In this document: positions 33,021-43,881 of the stretch, in pieces | Layout: every line of letters starts with the position of its first letter | How positions within the stretch are numbered: position 1 is the stretch's first letter | Source: Longimicrobiales bacterium | GTDB lineage: Bacteria > Gemmatimonadota > Gemmatimonadetes > Longimicrobiales > Gaopeijiaceae | Assembly: GCA_965219445.1 (NCBI GenBank) | Contig: CBDCNQ010000005.1 | Coordinates: forward strand, 384,001 to 448,000 | Length of the DNA: 64,000 nucleotides | Reading direction: 5' to 3' | Translations under genes and position numbers: made by a program | Notes under the pieces: generated by a model | What the model was told of the DNA's origin: nothing | The model's input: the letters and a program-made list of their open reading frames with translations, nothing else | Databases searched by the model: none

Positions 33021-33511
33021 TCACTCGGCACTGCTGCGGCTCGCGGCGATCTGTTCTCGGATCCACGCATCCACTTCGGACTCGATCCAGCCGACGGCGC
33101 GCGCGCCTAGCCGGATCGGTTGGGGAAAGCTCCCGTCGGCCACCCGCACGTAGATCGTGCTCCGCGCCAGCCCGGTGCGGGCCTGCACTCGAGGTAACCG
33201 CAGGACGCGCGCGGGCGCGTCCATGCCCTGTTCCATTGCTCTGGTCATCGGTCTGCCTCCGTTCTGTTCGGTGAAGAATTCCGGGGCGCGTTGCCCCGGG
33301 AGGGAACAGGGGCCACTTGGGCCCGGCGGCAGGCTTCGATGAACACGGGGACCTGGCAGGCCATCGCCAGCCTTGGAGAGCGGCCACGGCGTAGCTGACG
33401 CACCGGGATCGGATCGCCCACCGCTTGCCGACCGAGCGTGGATGTTCTCATGCCCGTGCGGTCGAGGGACGCAGCCACTCGCGATCGGAACGGCTTCGTC
33501 AGCGTCTCCAT
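33021..33511 (-). CDS. alpA: AlpA-family regulator (33021-33248) with degenerate upstream HTH (33245-33511)
   Basis: VLRLPRVQARTGLARSTIY...FPQPIRLGARAVGWIESEVDAWI; METLTKPFRSRV.. matches the N-domain of 20137-20652 but in another frame. Confidence 0.8.
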
Positions 33512-33814
33512 GGCGCCTGCCGGTCGGGACGCGGCCTGCGAAGACCCGCACCCCGACGGCTGCGTCCGGCCGAGCACGACCCGATCTCGCCTCGGAGGGT
33601 GCTGCTCAAGCCGACCCGCGAGCGCGGCCAGCAGACGGGTTGTGGTGTGGGTACGGCGAGCCTCGCGCCGCGGTTTTTGTAAGCGACTTTGGCGCGTCTC
33701 TTCGGCCTCGCCACAGGCTTGCAACGCATCCGACATCATGAAGCACCGGTACCCGGCCGTGCTGGCGACTGAGGTCCGGCCGCGCCGCATTTCAGACTGC
33801 CCGTCCGTCGGCGT

Positions 33815-36800
33815 CTACCAGCGCGCGGTGACGCGGCCGTGCAGGCTGTGCTCCGGGTCTCCCTGGCCCAGCAGGCTCTGGCGGCGTTGGGCGTCGAGGC
33901 CGAACTCGAAGTTCATGGCGCCGGCCTGCAACAGGGTCAGTTTGTAGCCCAGCCGGTAGGCGCGCCCGTACTCGGAAGTCGTGACGCCGAACCGAGGCGT
34001 TCCCACGAGCCGGCTCCCGACCGGCAGCGCGTAGCCGAGCTCGCCATCGAGGCGGTTGCCCGATCCCGGGCCTGCCGCCCCGAGCCCCGTCATCGTATCG
34101 CGGCCCCAGAGCGCGTCGGCACCGCTCATCGCCTGGCCGCCCCACGACGGCGCCACCCGCGCCGTGAACCCCAGCGGCGTCGAGGGCGTCGGGTCGTAGC
34201 TGAACGACACCGACACGCCCCGTTCCCTGAACCCTTCGTCCTGATGCACGAGCAGCGTCCGCACGCGCACGTCGACCGACAGTCCGGTGAGAGGATCCGC
34301 TGCGATCAGGCTTGCGGCGACGTCCGCGCCCCTGCCCGTCTCCGCGTCCCCGCCGTCCGTCCTGAGCCCGACCTCAAGGCTCGGCCGGAGCGCTATGCCG
34401 TGTCCGAAGACGTAGCCCCTCGAGGCCTCGAGCGCCGTCCGCACGCGCGTCACCACGGCCTCGGTCGCCGCCAACCGGCCTGCCGGGCCGTCCACAGCCT
34501 CGCTGCCCGTGCCGACCCACAGCGCATCCGCCTTGAACGCCAGCCCGAAGCTGCCCAGACCCGCATCCACCAAGTCGCCCCTCACGCCCCCGGCGAGCAT
34601 CGACATCGAGAGCCCGCCCTTGAGAGCGATCGGAGACATTCGGGAAGTCAGGGACGTCGGGAGCGACAGCGCCCCGCCCGGCGTCAAGCTGAGCGAGCCC
34701 CTCCCGTATCCGGTCACGCCCCAGAGCGTGACCCGCTCCGTCAGCTTGTAGCCCACCCACGGGTGAAGCCCCGTGACCGACGACGCCACCTGGCCGACAT
34801 CGGCCCCCTGGTAGCTGCCCAGGCCGCGCCGGTGCGAGAGCATCAGCCCCGCCATCAGCGGCCCCTTCGCGTAGTCCGCGCCGAACATCGTCGTGCGGAC
34901 CCCGCCGTCGAGCGACAGCTCGCCGTCCCGGCCGCTGAACCGCGACTCCATCCCGCGGCTCCAGAGCGAGACGCTCGCGCCCTGGTCCGTCTCGCGGTTC
35001 AACACGAACCCCGAGCTCATCAGCAGGTCCCCGCCGCCGAGACCCATCCGCAAGAGTTCCGCGCCGCCCAGATCGGGCTGGACGCCGGTCGTATCCTGAG
35101 CGCCCTGAACCGCCGTGGACTCGAGCCGGCTCAGGAAGTTGCGTCCCATCTCCCGCTCCATCCCGCGCCGGAGCTCACGGCCCGCGAACCGGCCCCGCAG
35201 GCCCGGAGCCCTGGGCGCCTCCAGCCGCTCCTCGACCTGTTCCATCACGTGGAGCGCTGTCGCCCGGCCGAACCGAGCCAAGAGCGCGCGTGGCAGCGGA
35301 TCGGTGTTCTCGATCGTCCCGGTCGCCTCCGCGTCGGCCAGCCGGCCGCCCGACGCGTTCGACAGCTGGAGCGTCAGCGCTTCGTCGCCCTCGTCGTGCG
35401 AGTCGTCGAGCACCGCGACCTCGACCGTCTGCGACGACTCGCCCGCCTCGAACGTCAGCGTCCCGTCCGCCGCCGTGTAGTCCACGCCCGCGTGCGCCGT
35501 GCCGTCCGACGTGGCGTAGTCGACCGTCACCGCCCCGCCCGCCGCCCACTCGAGCGTCACCGCGAACTCCAGCACCGCGCCCGCGCCTTCCTCCACGCGG
35601 GCATCGGCCACCGAGATGCCCACCAGCCCGGCGACCGTCGCCGAGAGCGAAGTGGACAACGGCCGGCCGTCGCCGGTGCAGATCGCGCCGCTTGCACCAC
35701 AGTCGGTCGTCTCCGGCAGCCGGAGTGTCACCGCGCCATCGGAGTCCGGCTCGACCGTGATCGTCCAGCCCAGGTTGCTCCCCTGCTCCCGGCGTTTGGC
35801 CCCGCGCACCGTGCCGCCCGTCACCGCGAACGCTTCGTCGCGCAACGTTCGGTAGCTGAAGTCCTTGTCGAGTTCCTCGCTGAACGTCAGCCCGAACGCG
35901 AACGCCTCGCCGGTGTGCTCGCCCGGCATGTCGGAGAAGCTGGCTGTTAGCGACTCGGCCGGGGGACCCGCCACGGTGGACGAGGGGCTGTTGCCGAGCG
36001 GCCGCGGGCTGTCCCCGCGGGTACAGACGGCCCCGGCCGTCCCGCACGCACGCACGCCAGGGAGCGTGATCGTCACGGCCTCGCGGGAGTCGGGTTTGAG
36101 GGTGATCTCCCACAGGTCGTGGCGGCCATCGACTCGCCGCGCCCGCATGATGGTGCCTCCGGTCACCGTGAACGATTCGTCGCGCAACGTCTGGTAGCTG
36201 ATTCCGATGTCCTCGCTGAAAGCGACCTGGAAGCCGAACGGGCTCTGTCCGTCATGGGCCTCCGGCACGTTCTCGAACTGCGCCGTCAGTTCGGTGCCGT
36301 CTCCTGCCGGGCCGGGCACAGTCAGCACCGCCTCATTCGACAGCCGCTGTCCGTCCGCCGTGCAGACCGCCCCCGCCGCATCGCAGGCGCGCCCCGCCGC
36401 GAGCGTGAGCGTCATCGGCTCGTCCGAGGCCGGTTTGAGGGTGATCTCCCACAGATCGCTGCGCCCCTCCACGCGCCGGGCGCCCTCTACCGAGCCTCCC
36501 GCAGCCGACAAGGACTCGTCGCGCAGCGTCTGGTAGCTGATCGCGACCGGCTCGCTGAACACGAGCCGGACCGTGAACGTGCCCGCGCCGTCGTGCGCCT
36601 CCGGTGCCGCCTCGAAGCGGGCCGTCAGAGCCGGGAGCTCTCCACCACCCGCATCACCCAGGGCCGCACTCGGGTGCCCGAGGTCCGCGTCCTCTCCCGA
36701 CCAGCTCCGGATCGTCGCTCCGTTCAGCGTGAGACTGTTCTGTGTCACCGACCCGCCGGTCACGCTCCCGTCTTCCCCGGTCAGCGTGTAGACGAAAAGC

Positions 36801-39800
36801 AACGTCTCCGTCTCCGTGCCGCCCGAGTAGGGCGCCTTTCCTGTCCCCGCGCCCAGCACCAGGCCGATCGTCGGCGTGCCGCCCGAGAGGTCTACCGTCA
36901 CCGGCTCGCTGAACGTCACCGTCACCCGCACCGAGCTGCCCGACCCCGAGCTGCCCCTTGCCGCCACCGATCGCGTTGCGAATCCGTCCTGCCTCCCGCT
37001 CCCGGATTGCGTCGACATCAACACCCCCGTCACCACTGGCCCGGACACCGCCACCGGATTGCCCGCGGCGCCGACCTCGACCACGAGGGCGCCGAGCGCG
37101 TTGCCCTGCGAGTCGGAGACCGCGGCGGCCTTTCCCGGACCCACCGAGATGACCAGCTTTCCCGGCTGCGGCGCCGGCACCATCGCGCTATAGACCAGCC
37201 CCGTCTGCTCCTCCTCGAAGCCGCGCACCACTACGCCGGGACCGCCGACATAGCCCGCCGTGAGATCGCCGACCTCGAAGCCGGTCACCGGCTCCGAGAA
37301 CGTCACCTTCACAGCAAACGCGCCCTCCACCGGCGGCCCCGCACCGAGCGTGATCGACACCTCCGGCGGGTGCCCCAGCGGGTCCGGCCTGCCCCTCGCC
37401 GACACCGACCAGGGACCCTCGCCCACCTCGTTGGCCGCCTTCACCCGCAGCGAGTACGTCGTTCCGTTGACCAGGCCGGTGAGGGCTGCGGCGTGGGTCG
37501 TCTCCTCCTGCTCCCGCACCGTCCCCGACTGCCGCCACTCGACCGTGTAGCTGTCCGCGCCCTCGACCGCGTCCCAGCTCACGTCCAGGCGCCCGTCGCC
37601 CGGCGTGACCACCAGATTGGCTGGCGCCGCCGGCGTCGCCGTCGGCGTGGCCGTCACCGCGGCCGACCAGAGGCTGTCCTTGCGCTTGATTCCCTCGTCC
37701 CACCAGGAGTTGCTCGCCCGCACCCGGAACCAGTGCACCGTCTCGTTGGCCAGTCGGTGGACGGTCGTGCTCAGCCGCCCCTCGCCGCAGTCCATCGTCT
37801 CGGAGGTCTCGAACACCGTCTTCTGACGGTCCTCGCTGTACGCCTCCGTGTCCGTCCGCCACTGGACCGTGTACTCGGTCGCACCCACGACCTCGTCGAA
37901 GCACACCGCCACGCGCCCGTCCCAGGCCGTCACCTCCATGTTTGCCGGCACCCCGAGCGGCGTCGGCGTGCCGGTGGCCGTCTCCGACCAGCCGCTCTCA
38001 CCGCCCGCGTTGGCCGCCTGCACCCGCAGCGTGTAGGTGGTTCCGTTGACCAGCCCGGGCACCGTCGCGGTGTTCACCGTCACCGTCAGTTGCCGCTCGG
38101 AATCGAACGACTCCGTTCCCGATTTCCATTGCACCGTGTACTCCGCCGCGACCGGCACCGCGTCCCAGGTCACCGCCAGGTTGGTGTCGCCCGCCGTCAC
38201 CTTCAGCTTCTCCGGGGTCTCGGGCGCCGGCACCTGCGGCGTGCCGGTGGCGGGCTCAGACCATTTGCTGTCTCCCTGGGCGTTGCCCGCGCTCACCCGC
38301 AGCGTGTAGGTCGTCCCGTTGACGAGATCGGGCACCGTCGCCGCGTTCGTCGTCACTGTGAGCTCACGGGAGCGCGTGAACGGATCCCCGCCCGACGTCC
38401 ACTGCACCGTATACTCGGTCGCCCCTGCCACCGCGTCCCAGGTCACCGACAGGCTCCCGTCGCCCCGGTCAGCCCCGACGTTCGCAGGCACCGCGGGACC
38501 CGAGCCTGTGGTGGCGATGGCGGCGTTCGATGCCCGGCCCGTGCCGGCGGAGTTGATCGCAAAAACCCGGTAGTACCGCATGTCGCCGTTCATCAGGCGG
38601 CGGTGGGCGTACTCTGTGGCAGGGTTGCCGGTGTCGGTTTCCAGCACGGTCAGGGTCGCACCGCCATCGGTGGACACCTCGATCTTGTAGCCCTCGATCG
38701 CGAGCCCGCCGCTGTCGTCCGGCGGCTCCCAGGCGAGATCGATCTGCGTCGCGCCTCTCGCCCGCGCTTGCAGGTTCCGCGGCGCGCCCGGCGCCGTGGG
38801 CGCCACCGTCGAGTTGTTGGTGACCGGAACGTCGGTGAAGGATGGGACATCGTTGCCGGCCAGGTCCTGGATCGCGGCCGCGTCGTCTCCTGCCGTGAAA
38901 TCGCGGTAGCTCACCGTCACCGTCTGTTCCTGCTTGATCGCCGGACTGAACTCCGACAAGACAACCGTGTCCGTTCCCGTCGTCGCCGTGCCTACCGCCA
39001 TGGCGACGCCGTCCGCGGTGACGGTAAAGGCGTGCGCGGGAGCGCTTTGGCCGGTTCCGCTCTGGAGCGTGGTGTCGAACTCGAGGCTGACCTCGGTGCC
39101 CGCCGCGTTCGTGGCCGCGCCTGTCAACGCCGGCGGCTGGGTATCCGAAGCGATGGCGCCGGCGACGTTTGACGGCAGGCCCGCGAAAACCCCCGCGTCG
39201 AGCGCCGAGACCCGGTAGTGCCGGACAGCGCCGTGCGCCAGGCCGGAGTGGACGTAGCTGGTGGCCTTGTTGTCGGTGAGCACCAGGGTGGTCCAGGTCG
39301 TGCCGCCATCGGCGGACGCTTCGATCTTGTAGCCGTAGATACCGGCCCTGGGGAGATGCTCCGGCCAGACGAGCCCGGACAGGTCCGGCGCGTTCCAGGC
39401 GAGCCCGATCCGGGTATCGTCGATCCCCGCCGCCCTCAGGTTCGTCGGCGCCGGCAGCACCCGGGAACCGTTCTTGATCACCACGTCGGTGAAGGACGCG
39501 GCGTCGTTGCCGGCATCATCCTGGATGGCCGCCGGGTCGTCGCCGGGCGTGAGGTCGCGGTAGCTGACCCTCACGACCCGACCGCCCCCGATCGGCGATT
39601 CGAAGCCCGTCAGCCGGATCTGATCTTGCCCGCGTGTGACGAGGCCCTGCTGAACCGGGATGCCGTCCACCGTCACCGTAAAGGCGCTCCACGGGGGGAG
39701 GTCTATCAGGAGGTTTTCGCTGAACTGGAGCGTGATGGTTGTGCCGTCGCTGAACACCGAGGTATCCCGGTGCTCCGGGTCGAAGACCGGGGGCACTCGG

Positions 39801-42800
39801 TCCGGGCCTGCGGCCGCCGTGTTCGACACGACGGACTCGACGGTGCTCGAGACCGCCCAGACCCGGTAGCGGTACGCATTGAGCGGATCGGGGGCCGCGT
39901 CGTAATGGGAAAAGACGGTGTCGGTGGGATCATCCACCTCGGCGACCAGGGTGATCCAGCGATTGGGGGCGCTGCTGTTGCCCTCGACCCGGTAACTCTC
40001 GGGCATGAAGTCCGCCGGCGCCTGCCACGACAGGTCGGTCCAGTTAAAGCTTCTCTTGATCGCCCGCAGGTTCGTCGGCCCCCGCCGGAGCTCGGAGCTA
40101 TTCTTAATCCGTTGTTCGGTGAAGGACGCGGCGTCGTTGCCGACGGCGTCCTGGACGGCCGCCGTGTCGTCGCTGGGAGTCGGATCGGTGTAGCTCACCG
40201 CGACCGTCTGATCCCGCAGGATCGTGGCACGCAGATCGAGCGTCACACGGTTCCCCGCCACACTCACGGCGGAAACCGATACCTGACTGCCGTTGGCGGT
40301 GACGGTGAAGGCGCTCGCGGGCGGTGTTTGGCCCGGGGTGTCGTCGAGGGCCTCGGTGAAGGCGATCCGCAGCTCGACGCCGGAGCTCGTGACGGTGTGC
40401 AGCGAAGGACTGTCCAGCACGGCCGGTGGGGTGGTGTCGGTCGCCATGGCGGTGGCGCTGGCGACGTTCGAGGCCAGGGCGTCCTGGTCGGCCGCCGAGA
40501 CGCGGTAGTGGCGTGTGTCACCATCGCTCAGCCCCGTGTGCGAGTAGGCGGTGGCGGTCGACTCGGTGTCGGCCACCCGATCGGTCCAGGTCGTGCCGCC
40601 GTCGGCGGACACCTCGATCCGGTAGCCCTCGGGCGTGAATCCGCTTGGCGCCTCCCAGGCCAGGTCGATTTGGGTCGCGCTGACCGCCGTGGCCGTCAGG
40701 TTCGTCGGTGGGCCATGCAGCTGAGAGGCCTGGCGGACCGGATAGTCGGTGAAGGACGCTGCATCGTTGCCGGCCACATCCTGAATGGCCGCCTGGTCGT
40801 CGCCGTCGGTCGGATCGCGGTAGCTGACCCTGATAGTCTGACCCTTCGTGATCTCGGGATCCAAACCGAGCAGCCCCACAAATTCCCCGTCCACGTTCAC
40901 CCTTTCCACCGTAATGGAGGACCCGTCGGCCGTGACGGTGAAAGCACTCGCCGGCGGGGCACGGTCCGGGCTCTCGTCGAGCTGCTCTGAGGCACTGAGG
41001 AGAAGCCGGGTGGAGTTGGTCTGAGCAAACACAATCGTCGGCGGCGTGCTGTCCATGGCGGTGGCGCCGGCGACGTTCGAGGCCAGGGCATCCTGGTCGG
41101 CCGCCGAGACGCGGTAGTGGCGTGTGTCACCATCGCTCAGCCCCGTGTGCGAGTAGGCGGTGGCGGTCGACTCGGTATCGGCCACCCGGTCGCTCCAGGT
41201 CGTGCCGCCATCGGCCGACACCTCGATCCGGTAGCCCTCGGGCGTGAATCCGCTTGGCGCCTCCCAGGCCAGATCGATCTGCGTCGCGCTGATGGCCGTC
41301 GCCGTCAGGTTCGTCGGTGGGCCATGCAGCTGAGAGGCCTGGCGGACCGGATAGTCGGTGAAGGACGCTGCATCGTTGCCGGCCACATCCTGAATGGCCG
41401 CCTGGTCGTCGCCGTCGGTCGGATCGCGGTAGCTGACCCTGATAGTCTGACCCTTCGTGATCTCGGGATCCAGACCGAGCAGCCCCACAAATTCCCCGTC
41501 CACGTTCACCCTTTCCACCGTAATGGAGGACCCGTCGGCCGTGACGGTGAAAGCACTCGCCGGCGGGGCACGGTCCGGGCTCTCGTCGAGCTGCTCTGAG
41601 GCACTGAGGAGAAGCCGGGTGGAGTTGGTCTGAGCAAACACAATCGTCGGCGGCGTGCTGTCCATGGCGGTGGCGCCGGCGACGTTCGAGGCCAGGGCAT
41701 CCTGGTCGGCCGCCGAGACGCGGTAGTGGCGTGTGTCACCATCGCTCAGCCCCGTGTGCGAGTAGGCGGTGGCGGTCGACTCGGTGTCGGCCACCCGGTC
41801 GCTCCAGGTCGTGCCGCCATCGGCCGACACCTCGATCCGGTAGCCCTCGGGCGTGAATCCGCTTGGCGCCTCCCAGGCCAGATCGATCTGCGTCGCGCTG
41901 ATGGCCGTCGCCGTCAGGTTCGTCGGTGGGCCATGCAGCTGAGAGGCCTGGCGGACCGGATAGTCGGTGAAGGACGCTGCATCGTTGCCGGCCACATCCT
42001 GAATGGCCGCCTGGTCGTCGCCGTCGGTCGGATCGCGGTAGCTGACCCTGATAGTCTGACCCTTCGTGATCTCGGGATCCAGACCGAGCAGCCCCACAAA
42101 TTCCCCGTCCACGTTCACCCTTTCCACCGTAATGGAGGACCCGTCGGCCGTGACGGTGAAAGCACTCGCCGGCGGGGCACGGTCCGGGCTCTCGTCGAGC
42201 TGCTCTGAGGCACTGAGGAGAAGCCGGGTGGAGTTGGTCTGAGCAAACACAATCGTCGGCGGCGTGCTGTCCATGGCGGTGGCGCCGGCGACGTTCGAGG
42301 CCAGGGCATCCTGGTCGGCCGCCGAGACGCGGTAGTGGCGTGTGTCACCATCGCTCAGCCCCGTGTGCGAGTAGGCGGTGGCGGTCGACTCGGTGTCGGC
42401 CACCCGGTCGCTCCAGGTCGTGCCGCCATCGGCCGACACCTCGATCCGGTAGCCGGTGATCGCGGCGCCTCCGGTGTCCGCCGGCGCGGCCCATGCCAGA
42501 TCGATATTCGTTTCGGCATCCGCCGTCGCCATCAGCCCGGTCGGCGCCCCGGGGACGGTGGGTTGCTGCGCCTGAGCCGGGACGGTGGACAGTATCCCGA
42601 GCAGCAACAAGACCGTTGCCGCCGCATGGCGGGCGAGGGTGGCTAAGGAACGAGCAAAGCGTCTTCGGGAGGAGTCGCGGTCCCGACCGCTGTCGGGCCA
42701 ATCGTCCGTGTCGCGGGAGCGTTCTTGCGAGTGGGCAGTGTCGGCAGGCGGCCGCCCGGCGGGCGCGGCCGGAAAGGATTGCGAGTCAGACTGGGAGGAG

Positions 42801-42829
42801 GCGCCCCTTGATGCCCGAGGCGCGGTCAC
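33815..42829 (-). CDS. Giant autotransporter-like surface protein (Fn3, SwmB, Calx-beta, C-terminal beta-barrel)
   Basis: Delayed signal peptide (..STVPAQA), many Fn3 repeats, SwmB-like AIQD.AGNDAASF repeats, Calx-beta VDYATSDGTA..GVDY, barrel ending in W. Confidence 0.85.
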   Translation of the reverse strand: MTAPRASRGASSQSDSQSFPAAPAGRPPADTAHSQERSRDTDDWPDSGRDRDSSRRRFARSLATLARHAAATVLLLLGILSTVPAQAQQPTVPGAPTGLMATADAETNIDLAWAAPADTGGAAITGYRIEVSADGGTTWSDRVADTESTATAYSHTGLSDGDTRHYRVSAADQDALASNVAGATAMDSTPPTIVFAQTNSTRLLLSASEQLDESPDRAPPASAFTVTADGSSITVERVNVDGEFVGLLGLDPEITKGQTIRVSYRDPTDGDDQAAIQDVAGNDAASFTDYPVRQASQLHGPPTNLTATAISATQIDLAWEAPSGFTPEGYRIEVSADGGTTWSDRVADTESTATAYSHTGLSDGDTRHYRVSAADQDALASNVAGATAMDSTPPTIVFAQTNSTRLLLSASEQLDESPDRAPPASAFTVTADGSSITVERVNVDGEFVGLLGLDPEITKGQTIRVSYRDPTDGDDQAAIQDVAGNDAASFTDYPVRQASQLHGPPTNLTATAISATQIDLAWEAPSGFTPEGYRIEVSADGGTTWSDRVADTESTATAYSHTGLSDGDTRHYRVSAADQDALASNVAGATAMDSTPPTIVFAQTNSTRLLLSASEQLDESPDRAPPASAFTVTADGSSITVERVNVDGEFVGLLGLDPEITKGQTIRVSYRDPTDGDDQAAIQDVAGNDAASFTDYPVRQASQLHGPPTNLTATAVSATQIDLAWEAPSGFTPEGYRIEVSADGGTTWTDRVADTESTATAYSHTGLSDGDTRHYRVSAADQDALASNVASATAMATDTTPPAVLDSPSLHTVTSSGVELRIAFTEALDDTPGQTPPASAFTVTANGSQVSVSAVSVAGNRVTLDLRATILRDQTVAVSYTDPTPSDDTAAVQDAVGNDAASFTEQRIKNSSELRRGPTNLRAIKRSFNWTDLSWQAPADFMPESYRVEGNSSAPNRWITLVAEVDDPTDTVFSHYDAAPDPLNAYRYRVWAVSSTVESVVSNTAAAGPDRVPPVFDPEHRDTSVFSDGTTITLQFSENLLIDLPPWSAFTVTVDGIPVQQGLVTRGQDQIRLTGFESPIGGGRVVRVSYRDLTPGDDPAAIQDDAGNDAASFTDVVIKNGSRVLPAPTNLRAAGIDDTRIGLAWNAPDLSGLVWPEHLPRAGIYGYKIEASADGGTTWTTLVLTDNKATSYVHSGLAHGAVRHYRVSALDAGVFAGLPSNVAGAIASDTQPPALTGAATNAAGTEVSLEFDTTLQSGTGQSAPAHAFTVTADGVAMAVGTATTGTDTVVLSEFSPAIKQEQTVTVSYRDFTAGDDAAAIQDLAGNDVPSFTDVPVTNNSTVAPTAPGAPRNLQARARGATQIDLAWEPPDDSGGLAIEGYKIEVSTDGGATLTVLETDTGNPATEYAHRRLMNGDMRYYRVFAINSAGTGRASNAAIATTGSGPAVPANVGADRGDGSLSVTWDAVAGATEYTVQWTSGGDPFTRSRELTVTTNAATVPDLVNGTTYTLRVSAGNAQGDSKWSEPATGTPQVPAPETPEKLKVTAGDTNLAVTWDAVPVAAEYTVQWKSGTESFDSERQLTVTVNTATVPGLVNGTTYTLRVQAANAGGESGWSETATGTPTPLGVPANMEVTAWDGRVAVCFDEVVGATEYTVQWRTDTEAYSEDRQKTVFETSETMDCGEGRLSTTVHRLANETVHWFRVRASNSWWDEGIKRKDSLWSAAVTATPTATPAAPANLVVTPGDGRLDVSWDAVEGADSYTVEWRQSGTVREQEETTHAAALTGLVNGTTYSLRVKAANEVGEGPWSVSARGRPDPLGHPPEVSITLGAGPPVEGAFAVKVTFSEPVTGFEVGDLTAGYVGGPGVVVRGFEEEQTGLVYSAMVPAPQPGKLVISVGPGKAAAVSDSQGNALGALVVEVGAAGNPVAVSGPVVTGVLMSTQSGSGRQDGFATRSVAARGSSGSGSSVRVTVTFSEPVTVDLSGGTPTIGLVLGAGTGKAPYSGGTETETLLFVYTLTGEDGSVTGGSVTQNSLTLNGATIRSWSGEDADLGHPSAALGDAGGGELPALTARFEAAPEAHDGAGTFTVRLVFSEPVAISYQTLRDESLSAAGGSVEGARRVEGRSDLWEITLKPASDEPMTLTLAAGRACDAAGAVCTADGQRLSNEAVLTVPGPAGDGTELTAQFENVPEAHDGQSPFGFQVAFSEDIGISYQTLRDESFTVTGGTIMRARRVDGRHDLWEITLKPDSREAVTITLPGVRACGTAGAVCTRGDSPRPLGNSPSSTVAGPPAESLTASFSDMPGEHTGEAFAFGLTFSEELDKDFSYRTLRDEAFAVTGGTVRGAKRREQGSNLGWTITVEPDSDGAVTLRLPETTDCGASGAICTGDGRPLSTSLSATVAGLVGISVADARVEEGAGAVLEFAVTLEWAAGGAVTVDYATSDGTAHAGVDYTAADGTLTFEAGESSQTVEVAVLDDSHDEGDEALTLQLSNASGGRLADAEATGTIENTDPLPRALLARFGRATALHVMEQVEERLEAPRAPGLRGRFAGRELRRGMEREMGRNFLSRLESTAVQGAQDTTGVQPDLGGAELLRMGLGGGDLLMSSGFVLNRETDQGASVSLWSRGMESRFSGRDGELSLDGGVRTTMFGADYAKGPLMAGLMLSHRRGLGSYQGADVGQVASSVTGLHPWVGYKLTERVTLWGVTGYGRGSLSLTPGGALSLPTSLTSRMSPIALKGGLSMSMLAGGVRGDLVDAGLGSFGLAFKADALWVGTGSEAVDGPAGRLAATEAVVTRVRTALEASRGYVFGHGIALRPSLEVGLRTDGGDAETGRGADVAASLIAADPLTGLSVDVRVRTLLVHQDEGFRERGVSVSFSYDPTPSTPLGFTARVAPSWGGQAMSGADALWGRDTMTGLGAAGPGSGNRLDGELGYALPVGSRLVGTPRFGVTTSEYGRAYRLGYKLTLLQAGAMNFEFGLDAQRRQSLLGQGDPEHSLHGRVTARW
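40445..42453 (-). repeat. ~3.3 near-identical 609-bp tandem repeats (Fn3+SwmB unit)
   Basis: Same sequence at offsets 41117/41726/42335; 203-aa unit. Confidence 0.95.
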
Positions 42830-42837
42830 AGCCGCAC

Positions 42838-43295
42838 CCTGGCTCCTGGCTCCTGGCTCCTGGCTCCTGGCTCCTGGCTCCTGGCTCCTGGCTCCTGGCT
42901 CCTGGCTCCTGGCTCCTGGCTCCTGGCTCCTGGCTCCTGGCTCCTGGCTCCTGGCTCCTGGCTCCTGGCTCCTGGCTCCTGGCTCCTGGCTCCTGGCTCC
43001 TGGCTCCTGGCTCCTGGCTCCTGGCTCCTGGCTCCTGGCTCCTGGCTCCTGGCTCCTGGCTCCTGGCTCCTGGCTCCTGGCTCCTGGCTCCTGGCTCCTG
43101 GCTCCTGGCTCCTGGCTCCTGGCTCCTGGCTCCTGGCTCCTGGCTCCTGGCTCCTGGCTCCTGGCTCCTGGCTCCTGGCTCCTGGCTCCTGGCTCCTGGC
43201 TCCTGGCTCCTGGCTCCTGGCTCCTGGCTCCTGGCTCCTGGCTCCTGGCTCCTGGCTCCTGGCTCCTGGCTCCTGGCTCCTGGCTCCTGGCTCCT
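42838..43295. repeat. Heptanucleotide SSR (CCTGGCT)x~65
   Basis: 458 bp of perfect 7-mer repeat, directly read. Confidence 0.97.
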
Positions 43296-43502
43296 AAAAT
43301 GCGTGAGCACCGAGCCGGCCGTTGTCAAGGGCCTTGTACTCGGAAAGTCGGGCATGGAGGGCTGTCTCCGTCGCACGTGACAGTTGCCGTCGGTGTGCCG
43401 AGTTCACTCCCGACCCATCGAGAATAATGTATCACGTATAGCCCAACGTACGTATTATTTCAATGATGTTCCAGAAGAGACAAGTTGTCGTATTGTGAAT
43501 AT

Positions 43503-43772
43503 CTACGGGTCGGCGAGATCCGGGACCGCGCGGGCCAAGCGGGTGTCGAATGGGAGTGGAGTTGCCGAGAGCCGAAGAACCAGGCAAACCGCCGCGAACG
43601 CCAAACCCAGGTGTAAGACGATGGTCACGCCGTAATCGGCGAGGATCAGTGGCCAAGACGGCGCGAGATGTTCGAGGCGCGATCCGGCGAGGAGGATGGC
43701 GGAGCCCGCGAGTGCGGCGGTCAGCCCCACGCTGATCCTCCAGGGTTGCATCGCTAGAACTTGAGCGCGGCC
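43503..43772 (-). pseudogene. Internally deleted duplicate of the 46355-46790 segment
   Basis: MQPWRISVGLTAALAGSAILLAGSRLE..; also shares the preceding gene end (AALKF* vs AALEL*) and downstream non-coding sequence. Confidence 0.8.
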
Positions 43773-43881
43773 GACAGGCGGCTTCCTAGCGATTGATCCT
43801 ACCGTGCCTTCCCGGCGCGTGCTTTTCTTGTGAACTTTCCTGCGGGCCGGTAGAATCGGTACGGGTTCGAGCGAAGCGAGT

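Noticed and set aside
33839..40990. Long plus-strand ORFs (703, 1017, 590 aa)
   Set aside because: Antisense shadows of the GC-rich adhesin gene; no recognisable motifs.
42838..43295. Possible CRISPR array
   Set aside because: Pure 7-bp tandem repeat without spacers; no cas operon.
42493..43427. ORFs with (LLAPGSW)n repeats on the plus strand
   Set aside because: By-products of the stop-free heptamer tract, antisense to the adhesin.
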